Notes: generated by a model from the letters alone, not told the origin. DNA of 64,000 nucleotides from Felis catus (GCF_018350175.1 NC_058368.1:24802001-24866000); one strand, 5' to 3'; positions 47,686-61,204 are shown, counted from the first letter of the stretch. Numbers and translations are program-made.

Positions 47686-48926
47686 AGAATGCCCTTCCCA
47701 TCATCTCCTCCTATGGAAATCCACTTACCATGATAGTTTTTGGTCTATTCCAATCCTCCGGTGGTCTCTCCCTTCACTGGATTCTTAAAGCGCATATTCG
47801 TGGTACTTTGGGAGCCATCATAATGTTCTTCTTTTGGACTGTTGGGTAACTTTTCATATCGATATATGTTGTCTCTATAATTGGACCATACGCTTTTCAA
47901 GAGCAAGGTTACCTTATACTTTCTGAACCACCCCTCCCTCCTACCATTTCCCAAGGCTTCTAGTTCACCAACAGCTTCAGATTTTTCAAATAATAATTTA
48001 GGGGTTGGTTTTGCCTGAATCGCAGTAAAGTATCTTTTATTTAAATATATGGAAACACACACACACACACACACACGACAAAGTTATGGAAATACATCTT
48101 CAAAGGCCACCCCAAAAAAGGCAGTTGCATAAAAATTGTTAGGAAAAAATGTTAATGCTGATTTCTCATTAGACACAAATAGCCAGGGTCAAGTTTACAA
48201 TTCTTTGAATTTGTTGTTGTTCCTTTGGATTTGCTTTTTCAACTTCCTTTCTTTAAATAAAGTGGAAGTGACCTAAGGAAATGTATTTTTTATGCTCCAC
48301 TGAAGTTGTTCAATGAATGCTAAATGAGTCAAATCAGTTTTTCATAAATAATAACTGCTCACTGTAGATGTCTGATCAATATATTAGACACTTCACTGGG
48401 TGAAATTTCTCCAGCATTGATACAACAGTGGGTGTAACAGGTACAGCGGAGTATAAAACATTTTATCATCCACTTAGTTAAAAGTATAGAGTTCCACCAA
48501 GTGTCAGATAGAAATTTCGACATTACATGAACTCAGAAGTGTATAGATGGTCATTTATATAGTGGGGACAATTTTCACAGCTGAGAAAGTAAAGCACTCC
48601 TGGTGAATTTGCCTTGGCTTTCTACCCAGAATTTCCTAATATGCTAAAGAAACCAGGATGATTTTGCAGCTTGTTAGGTACATGAATAAAGCGGGGTCCT
48701 TATTGCCTGCCTCAGTATATTAGCATGATTTCAGGAACATTAACCTTTCCCATAGATGGTGTGAATCTAGTCAAAATCGCATAACTGATTTGATATCTAA
48801 ACACTGGGTCACGTGAATTATATTATGGTCTTATTTGCTTCTGACATTGCTAGAATTCAAATTCAATATTACTGGACTCTGTCATTCGGAAGCCAGCTTT
48901 CTTTAATTTAATTGTTTCTTTCTCAG

Positions 48927-49008
48927 TAAAATGATCAACCTGTCAGTGCCAGACACGATTGATGAAAGAACAATCAACAAAAAGAAACTCACCCCCTTCA
49001 CCATTCAG
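48927..49008 (+). CDS. LCP1: LCP1 exon 6 ([27 protein letters not shown])
   Basis: tctcag|T ... CAG|gtatgt; 82 nt; not in the ORF track, read by eye. Confidence 0.97.
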
Positions 49009-50020
49009 GTATGTCTTCTCTCCGTTACCAAACTATAGGATTGTGTTTGGGATGCGTGAGCCCCGGAACTGCAGAGTCAGCCTTTTCCGGGGGCTTGGCC
49101 ATTATTCCAGAACTCAGGTTTGCGGCTGGTGATTTGTCATGACTAGTGGGACAGAGAAAGACATTTTGTTCTTGTCTTTCATTAACAGAGCAGGGGGGCC
49201 GGGGAGGGGGACCATTGGTGGGACATAAGCAGTAGTGGCCGGGCGTCGTCTGTTTTGGCAATTATGAATACAATTCACATTGGCTAAAGTTTCAACTCAG
49301 ACTTTCCCTAGCAGTTTATCTTTGAGCTGATGCCAACCACGCAGCATTTTAGCTGAAAAGATAAGCCTTTCTAAGAATTGAAGGGCTGAGAGACGGGAAA
49401 TGCTCTGGCAGCCTCCCGGTGGTATTGGCCACGGCCACTGGTGTGATAAATATAACCTGGTTTTATGCCTTCAATTTGTGAATTAACTGGAACAGTAACC
49501 AGTGGTTAAGTAAGCCGTATTTCTATGTTCTGTCCCAGCGTTTTAACATTATTGTGATTCTCTCGTTCTGGAACCGTGTCTCACTACTTAAATCATGAAC
49601 AATATATTATGCTGTTTGGCGTAAGCAACGCCGTGTACTTTTAACATGCGAGGGGTAACCAAAGTGAGAACAATGATTAACCATATGTGAACGTGCTTAC
49701 TGTTACATTTAACCTTGAGGTTAAATTTTAATCTTGGCCATAAATAGAAACGGTCTTTTTATTCATCATTTGAGCTCTCCACCAAGGCAAAACCCCACTT
49801 CCCCCCCCCACCCCCCAATAGTTCCAAGTCACCGGTAGCCTGTGTTTCGTTTTTAGTTTGTCATAAAAACGACTTCTGTACATCCCTACCTCAAAATCTT
49901 CTCCTTTGCGGACCCAAGAAGAGGATATAGATTCTAGGCTGAAAATGTCATTGATTCTATTCCAACCGTGTTTGAGATACATCACGTGTGTTGTTGCTAG
50001 TTCTAAGAACGGGTGGTCTA

Positions 50021-50239
50021 GGGGCGCCTGGGTGGCTCAGTCGGTTGAGCGGCTGACTTCGGCTCAGGTCACGATCTCACAGTCCGTGAGTTACAGCCCC
50101 GCGTGGGGCTCTGTGCTGACAGCTTGGAGCCTGGAGCCTGTTTCGGATTCTGTGTCTCCCTCTCTCTGACCCTCCCCTGTTCATGCTCTGTGTCTCTCTG
50201 TCTCAAAAATAAATAAACATTAGAAAAAAAGAAAAAAAA
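50021..50239 (+). mobile_element. SINEC in intron 6
   Basis: Perfect 16-bp TSD AAGAACGGGTGGTCTA at 50005-50020 and 50240-50255. Confidence 0.95.
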
Positions 50240-50841
50240 AAGAACGGGTGGTCTATATATGTATGTGTGCATGTGTGTGAGTGTGTATAGGTGTATGTGT
50301 ACTTAAGGTCCCTAGATATTATGGATACTCAGTAAATTGTCTTAGTGAACACCACTCTCTCTTTCCCAGGAATTTGATTTGTATCTTTTTCATTCCCTTA
50401 ATACCCAATCTGAAAGTCAAAAAGCTGTTTTGTTACTCTCTTTTATGACCTTGATTTACATCAACACTTGTGCTATTAATGATAGCCAGTGACAAGACAA
50501 TGACCACCCTCAAAGGTACCCCTCTCTGGCCCAGTGGGGATGTTGAGTGGGTAGGCTCCATCACAGGGCAAAATAGAAAAATGGAACCCTCTTTAGTTTC
50601 CTCCGGCCCAGGGTGGGCCTTCAACTCAGGGAGCCGGTTTGATTGAACAGACACCGCTTATAAGCCCAGTGCCTGGGTTACCAGATTTCCTCTTTCAGGT
50701 GTTACTGCTTTTTTTCGATGCTAAAATCTAGTGAAGACCAGGCCTCTAGACCTGTGAACTTTCCAGAAGCAAAACATTGTTGTCGACCGTTTTGCCATCT
50801 GCAAAGTCAAAACTGAAATTTGTACAACTTTCCTCCCTCAG

Positions 50842-51007
50842 GAGAATCTGAACCTGGCTCTGAATTCTGCCTCAGCCATTGGATGCCACGTGGTTAACAT
50901 CGGGGCTGAGGACTTGAAGGAGGGGAAGCCTTACCTGGTCCTGGGACTTCTGTGGCAGGTCATCAAGATTGGGTTGTTTGCGGACATCGAACTCAGCAGA
51001 AATGAAG
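50842..51007 (+). CDS. LCP1: LCP1 exon 7 ([25 protein letters not shown]...IELSRNE)
   Basis: ccctcag|GAG ... GAAG|gtatga; 166 nt. Confidence 0.97.
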
Positions 51008-51570
51008 GTATGAACTAAGCCACAGATGTTATTAATGGCGTGGCTTTTTATTAATGCATGCGCGGGGGGCTGTAGGAGGAAGATGTCAGGAATACTCAAG
51101 CCCAGAATCCCCAGTTTTTGAAAACTATGGTTATATTGAATCTGTTGCATTAATGTAACAGTTTCTGTCCACACTGACCAGGCTTTTTAAAAGGACAGGG
51201 CAAAAGCTTTTTAAGACCACAGGCTAATAATAGTGCTTGTTTAGAACCTAGAGCTCAGTCTGGCTGTCTGGGATCCAACCTCAAGAGCTTTTCTGGGTTC
51301 ACTTTGCCTTTAGAATACTTTGTAACAAAATAGACCACTTCTTTTAACTTGTGTTTTATGAAGCAATTCTCATTCATATACTGCAGTGACAGCGCCAGAT
51401 GAGGAGAAACGTGGTCTATTTCTTAACCAAGACTGTGGAGGATTGCATTGAGTGTTTCAGAGTTTCAGCTAAATATTGTAGCTGTCAGTCTTAGCCTGTC
51501 TGCTTCGGCACCCTCTCTCATTTAAACGATCACAGCCCCGTTGTTTAGACAGAAGCAGCAGATTGTGATA

Positions 51571-51709
51571 AGAATAAACTGAGGGTTGATGGGGGTGGGA
51601 GGGAGGGGAAAGTGGGTGATGGGCATTGAGGACGGCACCTGTTGGGATGAGCACTGGGTGTTGATGGAAACCAATTTGATGGTAAATTTCACATTAACAT
51701 AAAATAAAA
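51571..51709 (+). mobile_element. L1_Fc-type 3' fragment
   Basis: agaataaactgagggttgatggggg...gggtgatgggcattgagga.ggcacctgttgggatgagcactgggtgttg.atggaaaccaatttga. Confidence 0.9.
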
Positions 51710-52181
51710 GGATAGGGAAGTATAATCCTCTGGAAGTAAAGGAGATCCCAAAATTGAATAAAAAAAAAAAAGAATCATACAAAAAACAGGGTTACCTTTT
51801 AGTTTTCTGGTACAGATCCCAAGAATATGAACTCTGTAGCCAGATTCTAGTCTTTAGTTATATATACTTTCTAATTTCTATCTCCAAATCATAATAACCC
51901 CTGAAGAATCCTGGGTTGCTATTTTTAAACCAATATATTCAGCATGATATAGAGTAGAAAAAGCAAATAGGAAACTTAGAACCCACGAGAAAGAATATTG
52001 ATTTGCAAATTATGACCTCAACTGCATTTAGACCTTCTAGCCGAGCAAAACCTATTTATTCAGCAGGGAAAAATAGAGGAAGGAGTTGATTACACTGTTT
52101 GAGATGCTAATAATGATTCGAGCGAGCATTTGAAATACAAAACACCTATGGGAATAGCGAGAGGACAATTGTCATTATTAT

Positions 52182-52211
52182 AAACATTTTTTTAAATGTT
52201 TACTTATTTTT

Positions 52212-52252
<41 letters not shown>

Positions 52253-52407
52253 CATCAGAGAGAGAGAGGGAGACACAGAATCCGAAGCAGGCTCCAGGCT
52301 CCGAGCTGTCAGCACAGAGCCCCACACAGGGCTCGAACTCACGAATCGCAAGATCGTGACCTGAGCCGAAGTCGGACGCTTAACCGACTGAGCCACCCAG
52401 GCGCCCC
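52182..52407 (-). mobile_element. SINEC in intron 7 with an internal (CA)18
   Basis: TSD ACAATTG(T/C)CATTATTAT at 52165-52181 and 52408-52424. Confidence 0.95.
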
Positions 52408-52802
52408 ACAATTGCCATTATTATGAAATTGATCTCTTCAAAGCAAAACTGTTGGCATATTGTGAAACGTGGTCCGATGGAGCCAGAGGAGCATTCTGAG
52501 CCGGTAGTCTTGGTTATTTCTGTGTCCCTACCCTGGTGCTCCTAGGCACAGCTTCGAGATTCACTGGCGACTTGCCTTTCCCACCTGAAAAATGAGGACA
52601 GTAGATAAGCTCTCAATACCTTACATTTCTTTTCAGGGAATGATCATAAAGCGTTCATTCCGTGGGACAGGCTTATCAATACCTTTACCCCAGAGAAATA
52701 ACATTGCCGCGTTGGCTTTCCGGAAGAGCCCAGGGAAAGTTGTAACTGCTCCCCTCAGCTATCCCCTGGATTTATCTTTCTTCGGCTTTTGTCCTTCTTC
52801 AG

Positions 52803-52945
52803 CTCTGATTGCTCTTTTGAGAGAAGGGGAGAGTCTGGAAGACCTGATGAAACTCTCCCCTGAGGAGCTCCTGCTGAGGTGGGCTAATTACCACCTGGAA
52901 AACGCAGGCTGCAACAAAATCAGCAACTTCAGTACAGACATCAAG
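52803..52945 (+). CDS. LCP1: LCP1 exon 8, start of CH2 ([32 protein letters not shown]...STDIK)
   Basis: cttcag|CT ... AAG|gtagga; 143 nt. Confidence 0.97.
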
Positions 52946-53334
52946 GTAGGAGGCGTGTGCAGGGAAGGGGGACTGGGCGTTAGTGGAGAAAAGACAAAGA
53001 CTGGAGGCTACATCTGTCACCTCTGTCACTTCAGAAGCTCTGGGGTTAGTGAGAGGGTGGCTGGTGTCCTGGGAACTGCTCGATCCTCTCCAGGGTCCTT
53101 GTGCCGCTCTCCCTCTGGGCCCCACGCAGAGCTGTCCAAGGTCCTAGTGACTTGGATGCAGCAGCCTCCAAGGGAGATGGGCCTCTCCAGAGCCAGAATG
53201 TCAGCAAGCAGAGGGAGGGAAGGGCGAGAGGTAAGACGGCTTTTCAAGGAGGAGGGTATGTGTAGGACTGTGATGCCTTTCTCGTGTTATCAGTGGGAGC
53301 ATCAGATGAGAAGGCTTTCCAAAAAAAAATGAGG

Positions 53335-53600
53335 ATTACTCTTCTAATTACATGAAGAATACCAAACACGGTATCTCGTGCACGCCAGGTACCGTTCTAC
53401 CTGCTTTATACATGCATTGGCTCATGTGATCCTCACAATAAACCTTTGAGATAAAAATTACTGTTTTCTCATTTGACAGATAAGGAGACTGAGGTTAAAG
53501 AGAATTTAGGTACATGGTTCAAGTTCGCATAGCTGGGGAACGAGATCAGGATTCGGATCCGGCAGTCATGGGGACTCCACGGCCCCCATCTTTGACCATC
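53335..53600 (-). mobile_element. MIR
   Basis: gctttatacatgcattggctcatgtgatcctcacaa...tttgacagataaggagactgaggtt...caggattcggatcc. Confidence 0.75.
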
Positions 53601-55188
53601 GGACTTACCGCCTCTCTAAAACAACTCGCAGATTTCTTGAAAGGTTTTCATTTGCAGAAACCAGAGTGGTTTTTAGAAGCTAATGATCCTGGAAACCATC
53701 TGCAATGAGAATTTACCCCAGGGCATGTAGAAGGGCGGGCAGTCCCACAACAGAGATCCAAAGGGGGAAAGGCTGAGGGAAGCATGCACTGTTTCAAAAC
53801 TTGGTGAAAAGTTCCACGTCAAGGTGAAGGACAGCTGTTGACATTGAAGACGGATGTGCTGAGGTAGAAAGAGCTTAAGGAGACGTCAGGAAGATCATAA
53901 GGCACTGCCTAGTAGTAAACGGTGTGAGATGCTAGGGTGCAGCATGAGAAAACCATTTCGGTCTCCGCCTTCTCAAAAGCTGAAGAAATTTTCTCCCAAG
54001 AGCCGGAGGAAAGGTCACATGCTCACCAAAAGTCAACCCAGGTTTATATTTCTTTAAGTGACAGCTTCCCCCTGCTGTGGACTCAGTGGCTGCCAGGCCT
54101 GGTGCCAGTTAGACTGAAGCTTCTAGATGGGAAGTCCCGGATTCTTTAGGACCTAAGCTAATCATGCAAAATTAATTTTTCTAACTCTACAATTTTCTCT
54201 AGTTGTTAATAGTCTAGCTACCAGCAACCAAAGAGGGGTTTAACTGGAGCCGGACAGCAGCATTATCTTCCTTTCGTCCCAACAGTTAAGCTCTGCACCT
54301 GTTTCAGCCAGAATTTTCAGCTTTTCATCCAAAATTAGGCTGCTTCATCTGAGCCATAAATGTGTCTGATTTCCCATCACTAAAAACTGCATTTTTTAGA
54401 ATAATAACCATTGGAACTAGCAAGCTGAGCATATACAAGGGTTGTGCCTGTGATCAAAGAACAGCTGTATCCCGTCCAAGGTCAGTGCTGTGACGTATGT
54501 CAGAGCATCTGGCAACTTTGGGGGGTTTCAATCATACGAAGTCAGCACAGGTGGGGAGAACACCCACCCCCGAGTGAGTGAGAAAGGTTTATTAGTATAT
54601 CCAATCTGCTAAAAATTTAGCCATCTTTTTCAACTTCGTGGTAAACGTTAAATACACTTGTCGTAGTAATATCTCCTTTTATGTAAAGATTGTTTGTGAA
54701 TGCTTCAACCTTCTGTCTCTGAATTCTTTCTTTTTCTTTTGCTGATTGTCCATTTAAATGTATTTTTAAACTCTGCTTTAAACTTCTGCTTCCTTTTCCT
54801 GTCACTTTTTTTTTTAAATTAAACCTTAGCTGACTGACTTCTACAGCAATATAAAGGTATATATATTTTTCTGTATACAATTTAATACATTACATAAAGT
54901 ATTTTTCTCCCCTAAGAACAACAGAGTGGCATTTGCCTCTTTGGATTGCCTTGTGTGTATGTCGTATATTTGTTACACTCCTTTCAAAAAGAAAGTCCAA
55001 TATGGTATGTAAACAGACAAATCGAAAATTCAAATTAGCGAATGTTTCCAGCTTTGTTAATTAAGTTGCATTCTCGAATGACAGTCCAATAAGAAAATAG
55101 AATATGTTTGCTTTGGGGAAATTATTGTCGTGCTAAGTGTGTAATTAGCTGCGCTGTTTTGAAATTGTAATTTCTTAATTTCTCACAG

Positions 55189-55284
55189 GACTCAAAAGCT
55201 TATTACCACCTGCTTGAACAGGTGGCTCCGAAAGGAGATGAAGAAGGTATTCCCGCTGTTGTTATTGACATGTCAGGACTCAGG
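55189..55284 (+). CDS. LCP1: LCP1 exon 9 ([32 protein letters not shown])
   Basis: ctcacag|GAC ... AGG|gtaagg; 96 nt. Confidence 0.97.
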
Positions 55285-56254
55285 GTAAGGCCGTGTCCAA
55301 AGTTGCATTTAGAGGACATGATATTGTGTTGGGAGTTCTGTCGCCCCGCATGACGCTGACTCCGGGGCTCCGCGAGTGGATATCTCTGCATAAAGTCCTG
55401 CTAAGGCCGTTAACAACAGTTAATGGTTTGGGATAACAATTGTGGGAAATGGAATCTGAAAATGGACGTTAAGGAAAGAAAGAAACTAATACCAATCCAA
55501 TACCACACACTTCTGTATGTGTCTCGTCATTGAATAGCACTCAACAGCACCAAGAGGGATCATTAGGTTCATTTTTAGGTACCTGAGTATTATTTCTAGA
55601 AACCAGTGGGATATTTAGGCAGATAAATAAACTATCACTTTGTCATTGAAAAAACCGAGTCTGAGAAGGATTAATTAATATGTCCGAGATCATATATATG
55701 ACAGATTATTGGAAGTTATCGGACCCAAGGCTGGGGTCCTTTTCCTCTGGTAATAATAAGGAAAGACTACATCAGTGAAGATAATAGGAGAAAAGGTATG
55801 GGTAGGATTGTACGAGTTCTTAGAAGTGTCTGGTTTGAGAATTCTTAAAAACAGTCAACACAGACTTTAGTTTTTCCACCACTTTGGTATTGACCTTGAG
55901 AGGTTACCTTATCCATGTTTGTGCCTCATTTGCTATCATTAGAGTTAAGTCCAATCAGTTAACGTTAAAGTTAACTCATTTCCGAATGAGGAGCTCGTGA
56001 AATGTATCAGATACAGTGTCATCTAGTAAAGCATTATATTAACAAATCAATTTAAGTTCTGTTTTCTGAAAACTGGTGGTTTCATAGACTCTTAAGAAGT
56101 TTAAGAATGGTGGACCGCATTTCAACGAAACTTTACCTTCTAGTAAGAGTCTACTTACAAAGGACTGAAGATCCTCTAGAACTATTTGAATAGACTTTTA
56201 ATATATCAAATCCTCAATGAAGTTTACAAAAGCCAAATTGCTCTTATGTCCTTC

Positions 56255-56330
56255 TCAATGACACTATATAGCTTGCCTATCAGTGACACTATGTCGCTCA
56301 CCTATCAACGATAACTATGTGGCTCACCTA
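56255..56330 (+). repeat. 25-bp minisatellite, 3 imperfect copies
   Basis: TCAATGACACTATATAGCTTGCCTA / TCAGTGACACTATGTCGCTCACCTA / TCAACGATAACTATGTGGCTCACCTA. Confidence 0.85.
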
Positions 56331-56855
56331 ACTGAGCACATTTTATTTTGTTTGAGTTGCAAGTATACCAATAACTCAGTTTGGGAAAGGTGGTTACACT
56401 AATCAGAAGCTCTTAGTGACAGGTGTAAATGTCTTCGATGAACTGAGAATAGGAGTATAATTTTTGGTGATCCCATGAACACTGCTGGCAGACACAATCT
56501 CACGGACTCTGTGCAAGCAAATAATAAAAGGAAGCTTAATCACAGAACATAATTAAGATCAACTTAAATGATAAGATCGTAGACTCTCTTTAAAGACAGG
56601 ACAACCAAGTATTCATCTGAAGTGGTTCTGTATAGGGATGAGAGATTCAATTACTCCATTTCTGAGATTCCTTTTACTTGTAACTTGCTGATTTCAGTTT
56701 AGGCAAACGTAAGTAATAATATGCTGTGGTTAAGTGTCTATCTGAGGTTAAGCCCTGAGGGTTTCAGTATGGTTCCCGTTACTGTTTCATGTTCCCTGCC
56801 TACTTTGTGCATGGAGGGTCTTGACCCAGCCTTGACATGACCTTTGTCGTTACAG

Positions 56856-57051
56856 GAGAAGGATGACATCCAGAGGGCTGAATGCATGCTGCAGCAGGCA
56901 GAGAGGCTGGGCTGCCGGCAGTTTGTCACAGCCACAGATGTTGTTCGAGGGAACCCCAAGTTGAACTTGGCTTTCATCGCCAACCTCTTCAACAGATACC
57001 CTGCCCTGCACAAACCAGAGAACCAGGACATCGACTGGGGGGCCCTCGAAG
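56856..57051 (+). CDS. LCP1: LCP1 exon 10 ([25 protein letters not shown]...DWGALE)
   Basis: ttacag|GAG ... GAAG|gtaact; 196 nt. Confidence 0.97.
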
Positions 57052-57884
57052 GTAACTGGAAACCTGTCACTTACAGGTTTGGAAAGGCATTCACAATTCT
57101 GATTCAAGGGCAGTTTGAAATTACCTGCTAAGCAAATGGGAACCCCTCACATGTTGGGGAAGGTCATCAATTCTCTGGTATATAACAAAGAGAATAAATA
57201 GATTAACCAAGTCAATTACAACCTAGCAGAAATAATCAAGTACCATTATGTCACATCCATTATACATAGGCTTCATCCATTACCAGAATTAAATGTTTTA
57301 CGGAAGACAATGCATTTAATTATAGGATGAAATAAATTCTGAGTTCCAAAAACCTAATTTATGTACTTAATGGACTGAGTGTTAATTCCTGGAGGCAAGA
57401 GGTTGCAGTCACTCTTCATCTGAAAATATTTAACTTAATGCTAAGAGGTGTTTAGTGAGGTTTTTGTTTTTGTTTTCTTACTTCGATTTGGATTTGGGGG
57501 GGGTGGGTGGGGAAGAGTAAAGTTTTGAGGCAGCATCTCGGACGGTTGGAATTTGGGGGTTAGTGCCCTAAGATTGAACATGTAACTATAGTCTGGTTCT
57601 TTTTTCCATCATGAATTAGTTTCGAGACCAAAAAAAAAAAAAAAAAAAATCAAGGCAAAATTGATATTAAATGAATATCACCAAAGAAAGGAAGTCCAGA
57701 TTTGAAGTATTGATTGTTTTTGTTTTTTGGTTTTTGTTTTTCTCTGCGATGCTTTACCCGAGCTGGATGTGCAAAATCAATCTGTATTCCAACAGTGGTG
57801 CATTTGAATCATTTGATAAATTGTGGTCAGGGGTCCAGGCATTTTGTTGACTACCGAGTACATACATCAAGGCCTCTAATCAGC

Positions 57885-58760
57885 CACTTCCAGCTGCCTC
57901 TAGAACATCCCCGTTTGGTCCCTCCACCATCACTTGAAATTCAGCATGTGCCAAACAGAATTGATCATCCCCCCCAGCCCCCCACCCGCTCCCAGCATCG
58001 CCTTTCTGCCCTCCGGCCAGCCCACCCACTCTCCTTTAGAAACTCCATTTTCACTAATCATACCACCTTTTGTCTCCCCAAAACCCTGCTTTGATATTTT
58101 CCTCTTCTTCACCTCTAAATCTACTGAATTAGTAAATACTAATAGTTCTTCCTGCAGAATGGCTCTTAGATTGTTTTCCCTTACTGCTTCCTGGGCTCTT
58201 ATTAAATCATACACCACCCAGTTCAGTAGGTCTTAAGGGCCTGGTCCTCTGTCTATCAAGCACTTGAACGTGCCCATGTGCCAATGGCGCACACTGTCCC
58301 CTCTGCGTATTTAATTTAAATGCACATTGCCTTTCAGTAATTTCGCACACTGCTGCCAGGCACATCACAACACCACCTTCATTATATCTCTGCCCTGCTC
58401 AAGAATTTATTACAGTAATAATAATAAAAAAAAAAGGACCCATAATGACTGGCATTGTTTAATATATCAACCAACATCTGGTAGCTGGCATTCAGAGATC
58501 CCTGATTCTGGTTCCAGCCACTGGGCAGCCTTATCTCCGCGGAGAACACAGATCCCTGAAAAATGAGTTCCTAACGGTTTTGACGCAGACCTTGCCTGCC
58601 ACTCCTCTTTGTGTTCCTGTCTACCCCGCCTCCTCTCCCCACCACTTACTCGTCCCTCAAATCCTCTTTGCTGTCCAGATTCTACTGGTCCTGTAAGTGA
58701 AGCTCAGATTCCACTCCCTCCAAACTTAGCCCACGCTGTTCTCTCTCCTTTCTGAGCTCA
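57885..58760 (+). mobile_element. Old L2 fragment
   Basis: cacttgaaattcagcatgtgccaaacagaattgatcatc...ttcctcttcttcacc...ctctgccctgctcaaga; boundaries approximate. Confidence 0.55.
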
Positions 58761-59099
58761 AGGGGCAAGTATGTTTGCCTCCCATGTTAGCCGTCTAGCT
58801 TGCGTGATCGCACTTTGAGGCCTGAAAGCCTTGTTGACCTTGAAAGAATGCTAGCCTCTTGAGTGGCGGCTCTGAACCGCTTCCCCACACGGGAGCTCGT
58901 GCACGACTAATGGATGGTACAGACACACACTCATGGAATTGGAAGAGAGAAAAAAATTAACCGCGTAACAAGTGTCACCCAAATCTATTAAGGTTTATTG
59001 AGTAAATTTTCTTCATTCTTTGTTTCGTTTTTCGGATAGCCTCTTGAGTGAAACTTTGACCATAAAAAAGGCCTCTCTTCTTAGGGGCCTGAAAGATAA

Positions 59100-59198
<99 letters not shown>

Positions 59199-59220
59199 TA
59201 AGGATATGTAGGGACTCATC

Positions 59221-59457
59221 CTGTTTATTTTTTTTTAAACATACAGATCTTTTTTTTTTTTTAAGTTTATTTATTTTGAGAGAGAGTGAGAACAAGAGGA
59301 AGAGGGGCAGAGGGAGAGAGAGAGAGAGGATTCCAAAGCAGGCTCCACGCTGCCAGCGCAGAGCCTGACATGGGGCCAGAACCCATGAACCGTGAGATCA
59401 CGACCCTAGCCAAAACCAGGAGTTGGACGTTAACCGACTGAGCCGCCTGGGCGCCCC
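59221..59457 (-). mobile_element. SINEC 23 nt downstream of the exon 11 donor
   Basis: TSD TG(T/G)AGGGACTCATC at 59207-59220 and 59459-59472. Confidence 0.92.
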
Positions 59458-60049
59458 GTGGAGGGACTCATCTTTAATGTGAGACACCGAGACCTTGGAA
59501 GATCCCTGGGGTCTCAGATATCTCTGTGGCATGCAGTTCTCTTCCCCAAATGTATGCATCTTGGTGAGAAGGGGGATGGTCCCAAATGGAGACGCAGGTG
59601 TTGAATCTTCAGCCGAGAAACTCACTTCCATCAACCATCTTTGCTATGTGTTCACTAGAAAATCGTAAGCCGGCAACCGGACAGATTTACTACATATTGT
59701 AAGCCTGCGCTCCGCTCAGACACAGGCAAAACAAACAAACAAACAAACAAGTTAAGTTCATGGTGATGAAGCTAATGGCGTCTCCCATGCCATTTGTTGA
59801 AGCCTCATTTCTTTTCCTGGAGGCAGCGTGTTCCGGCTTATGGAAGCATAGGTAGTCACACCTGGGAGAGACCGTGAGGAAGTTTCTTCAGTTCCTCTGA
59901 GTCAGAGCTAAAGATGAAGCTTCTAATACTAATTTTGCCAGGTTGTCGCAAATGTCCCTTGTGCTGATGTATGAAGAAGTGCCTGCCCACTGCGGGCCCT
60001 TACTAAAGGGTGGCGATCTGAGGATCCTTTTCTGTTTGTTTTTGTTCAG

Positions 60050-60164
60050 TGACTTATCAGATGCCCTGGTCATCTTCCAGCTCTATGAAAAGATTAAAGT
60101 CCCTGTTGATTGGAACAGAGTAAACAAACCACCATACCCCAAACTGGGAGGCAACATGAAGAAG
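60050..60164 (+). CDS. LCP1: LCP1 exon 12 ([38 protein letters not shown])
   Basis: gttcag|T ... AAG|gtaaac; 115 nt. Confidence 0.97.
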
Positions 60165-61070
60165 GTAAACAGTGACTCTTGCGATGTTCCAACAGGCAGG
60201 TGAAGCCATAAGCCTGCGGGAGCACCCTGTGAATACTTGATTAGGGGGCCAAACTTAGATAAGTAATGTTTATCCAGGGATTAAATTATAGTACAGCAAT
60301 CAGAAGCCTGAATAGTTTCATTACAGTGAGCCCATTATTTCAGTTGATTACTTATTTATAATTCCACATCGGATGTCTTTAAACATGATGATGTAAAAAT
60401 GCTAATTAAGATAATTAGAGCGAGCAGGACTACAGGGTTGCTCTTCCACCAGCAGGATCCTTATTCTTATTTTCTAAAGAATTAGAGCTTTATACGGGCA
60501 GTTTGACTTGTACAAAGAGTTTGTCTCATGTCAGCACAGTGGGGACACATTGTTTCGTAAAAGCGGAAGTGGGGTTGGCACAAATATTTCTCACCATTTC
60601 TTGTCCCTTCGGCTCTTAACGATCCAAGCGTAGCCATGGGAATACCTGTCCCACATGTCAGCCCTTTATGTGCACGTAAAATGGAAGATGCGGATTTTCT
60701 GTGTCTGCCTCCACAAATTCAGTTGTTTTAGGAATATTATGGACAGGTAACTGAGCATGGCCCTCTGTTTCTGTAGTGTGATACAGCCATGACAGTATTC
60801 ATAATAACAAATTCATTTTGGTTTTGCACTTGGAGTACACTAGAAATTTTTTTTTTTTTTTTGGTGGAAGTGAGGGGTTCTAGTTAAGAGAAGATGGAAA
60901 ATTCTTTGACTAATTAGAATCCCAGAATTGCAGAACCAGGCAAGTCTTGAGAGATCGTTCAGTGTGACAATATTTATTTCATTTTGTGTCTTTATTTTTA
61001 TTATCTCATCTGATATGTCTCATCATAAATATGGTGGCATTAGAATGTGTTCCTTCTTGCTCGTTAACAG

Positions 61071-61204
61071 CTTGAGAATTGTAACTATGCCGTGGAGCTG
61101 GGGAAGAATCAAGCTAAGTTTTCCCTGGTTGGCATCGGTGGACAAGATCTCAATGAAGGAAATCGTACTCTAACGTTAGCCTTGATATGGCAGTTAATGA
61201 GAAG
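61071..61204 (+). CDS. LCP1: LCP1 exon 13 ([44 protein letters not shown])
   Basis: ttaacag|CTT ... AG|gtaatg; 134 nt. Confidence 0.97.

Noticed and set aside
50839..50844. NAGNAG acceptors CAGGAG at exons 7 and 10
   Set aside because: A distal GAG is rarely used against a proximal CAG; no supporting evidence.
51710..51771. Possible L1 3' transduction (unique 50 nt followed by a second A-run)
   Set aside because: No TSD brackets the L1 plus extension, and AATAAA merges directly into the A-run.
52592..53332. 246-aa ORF, the longest in the window
   Set aside because: Only 52803-52945 is LCP1 exon 8; the flanks are intronic read-through bounded by canonical splice sites.
61050..61070. U12-type branch-like TTCCTT...TTAAC before exon 13
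   Set aside because: The upstream donor is GTAAAC, not the U12 GTATCCTT, and the motif is interrupted.
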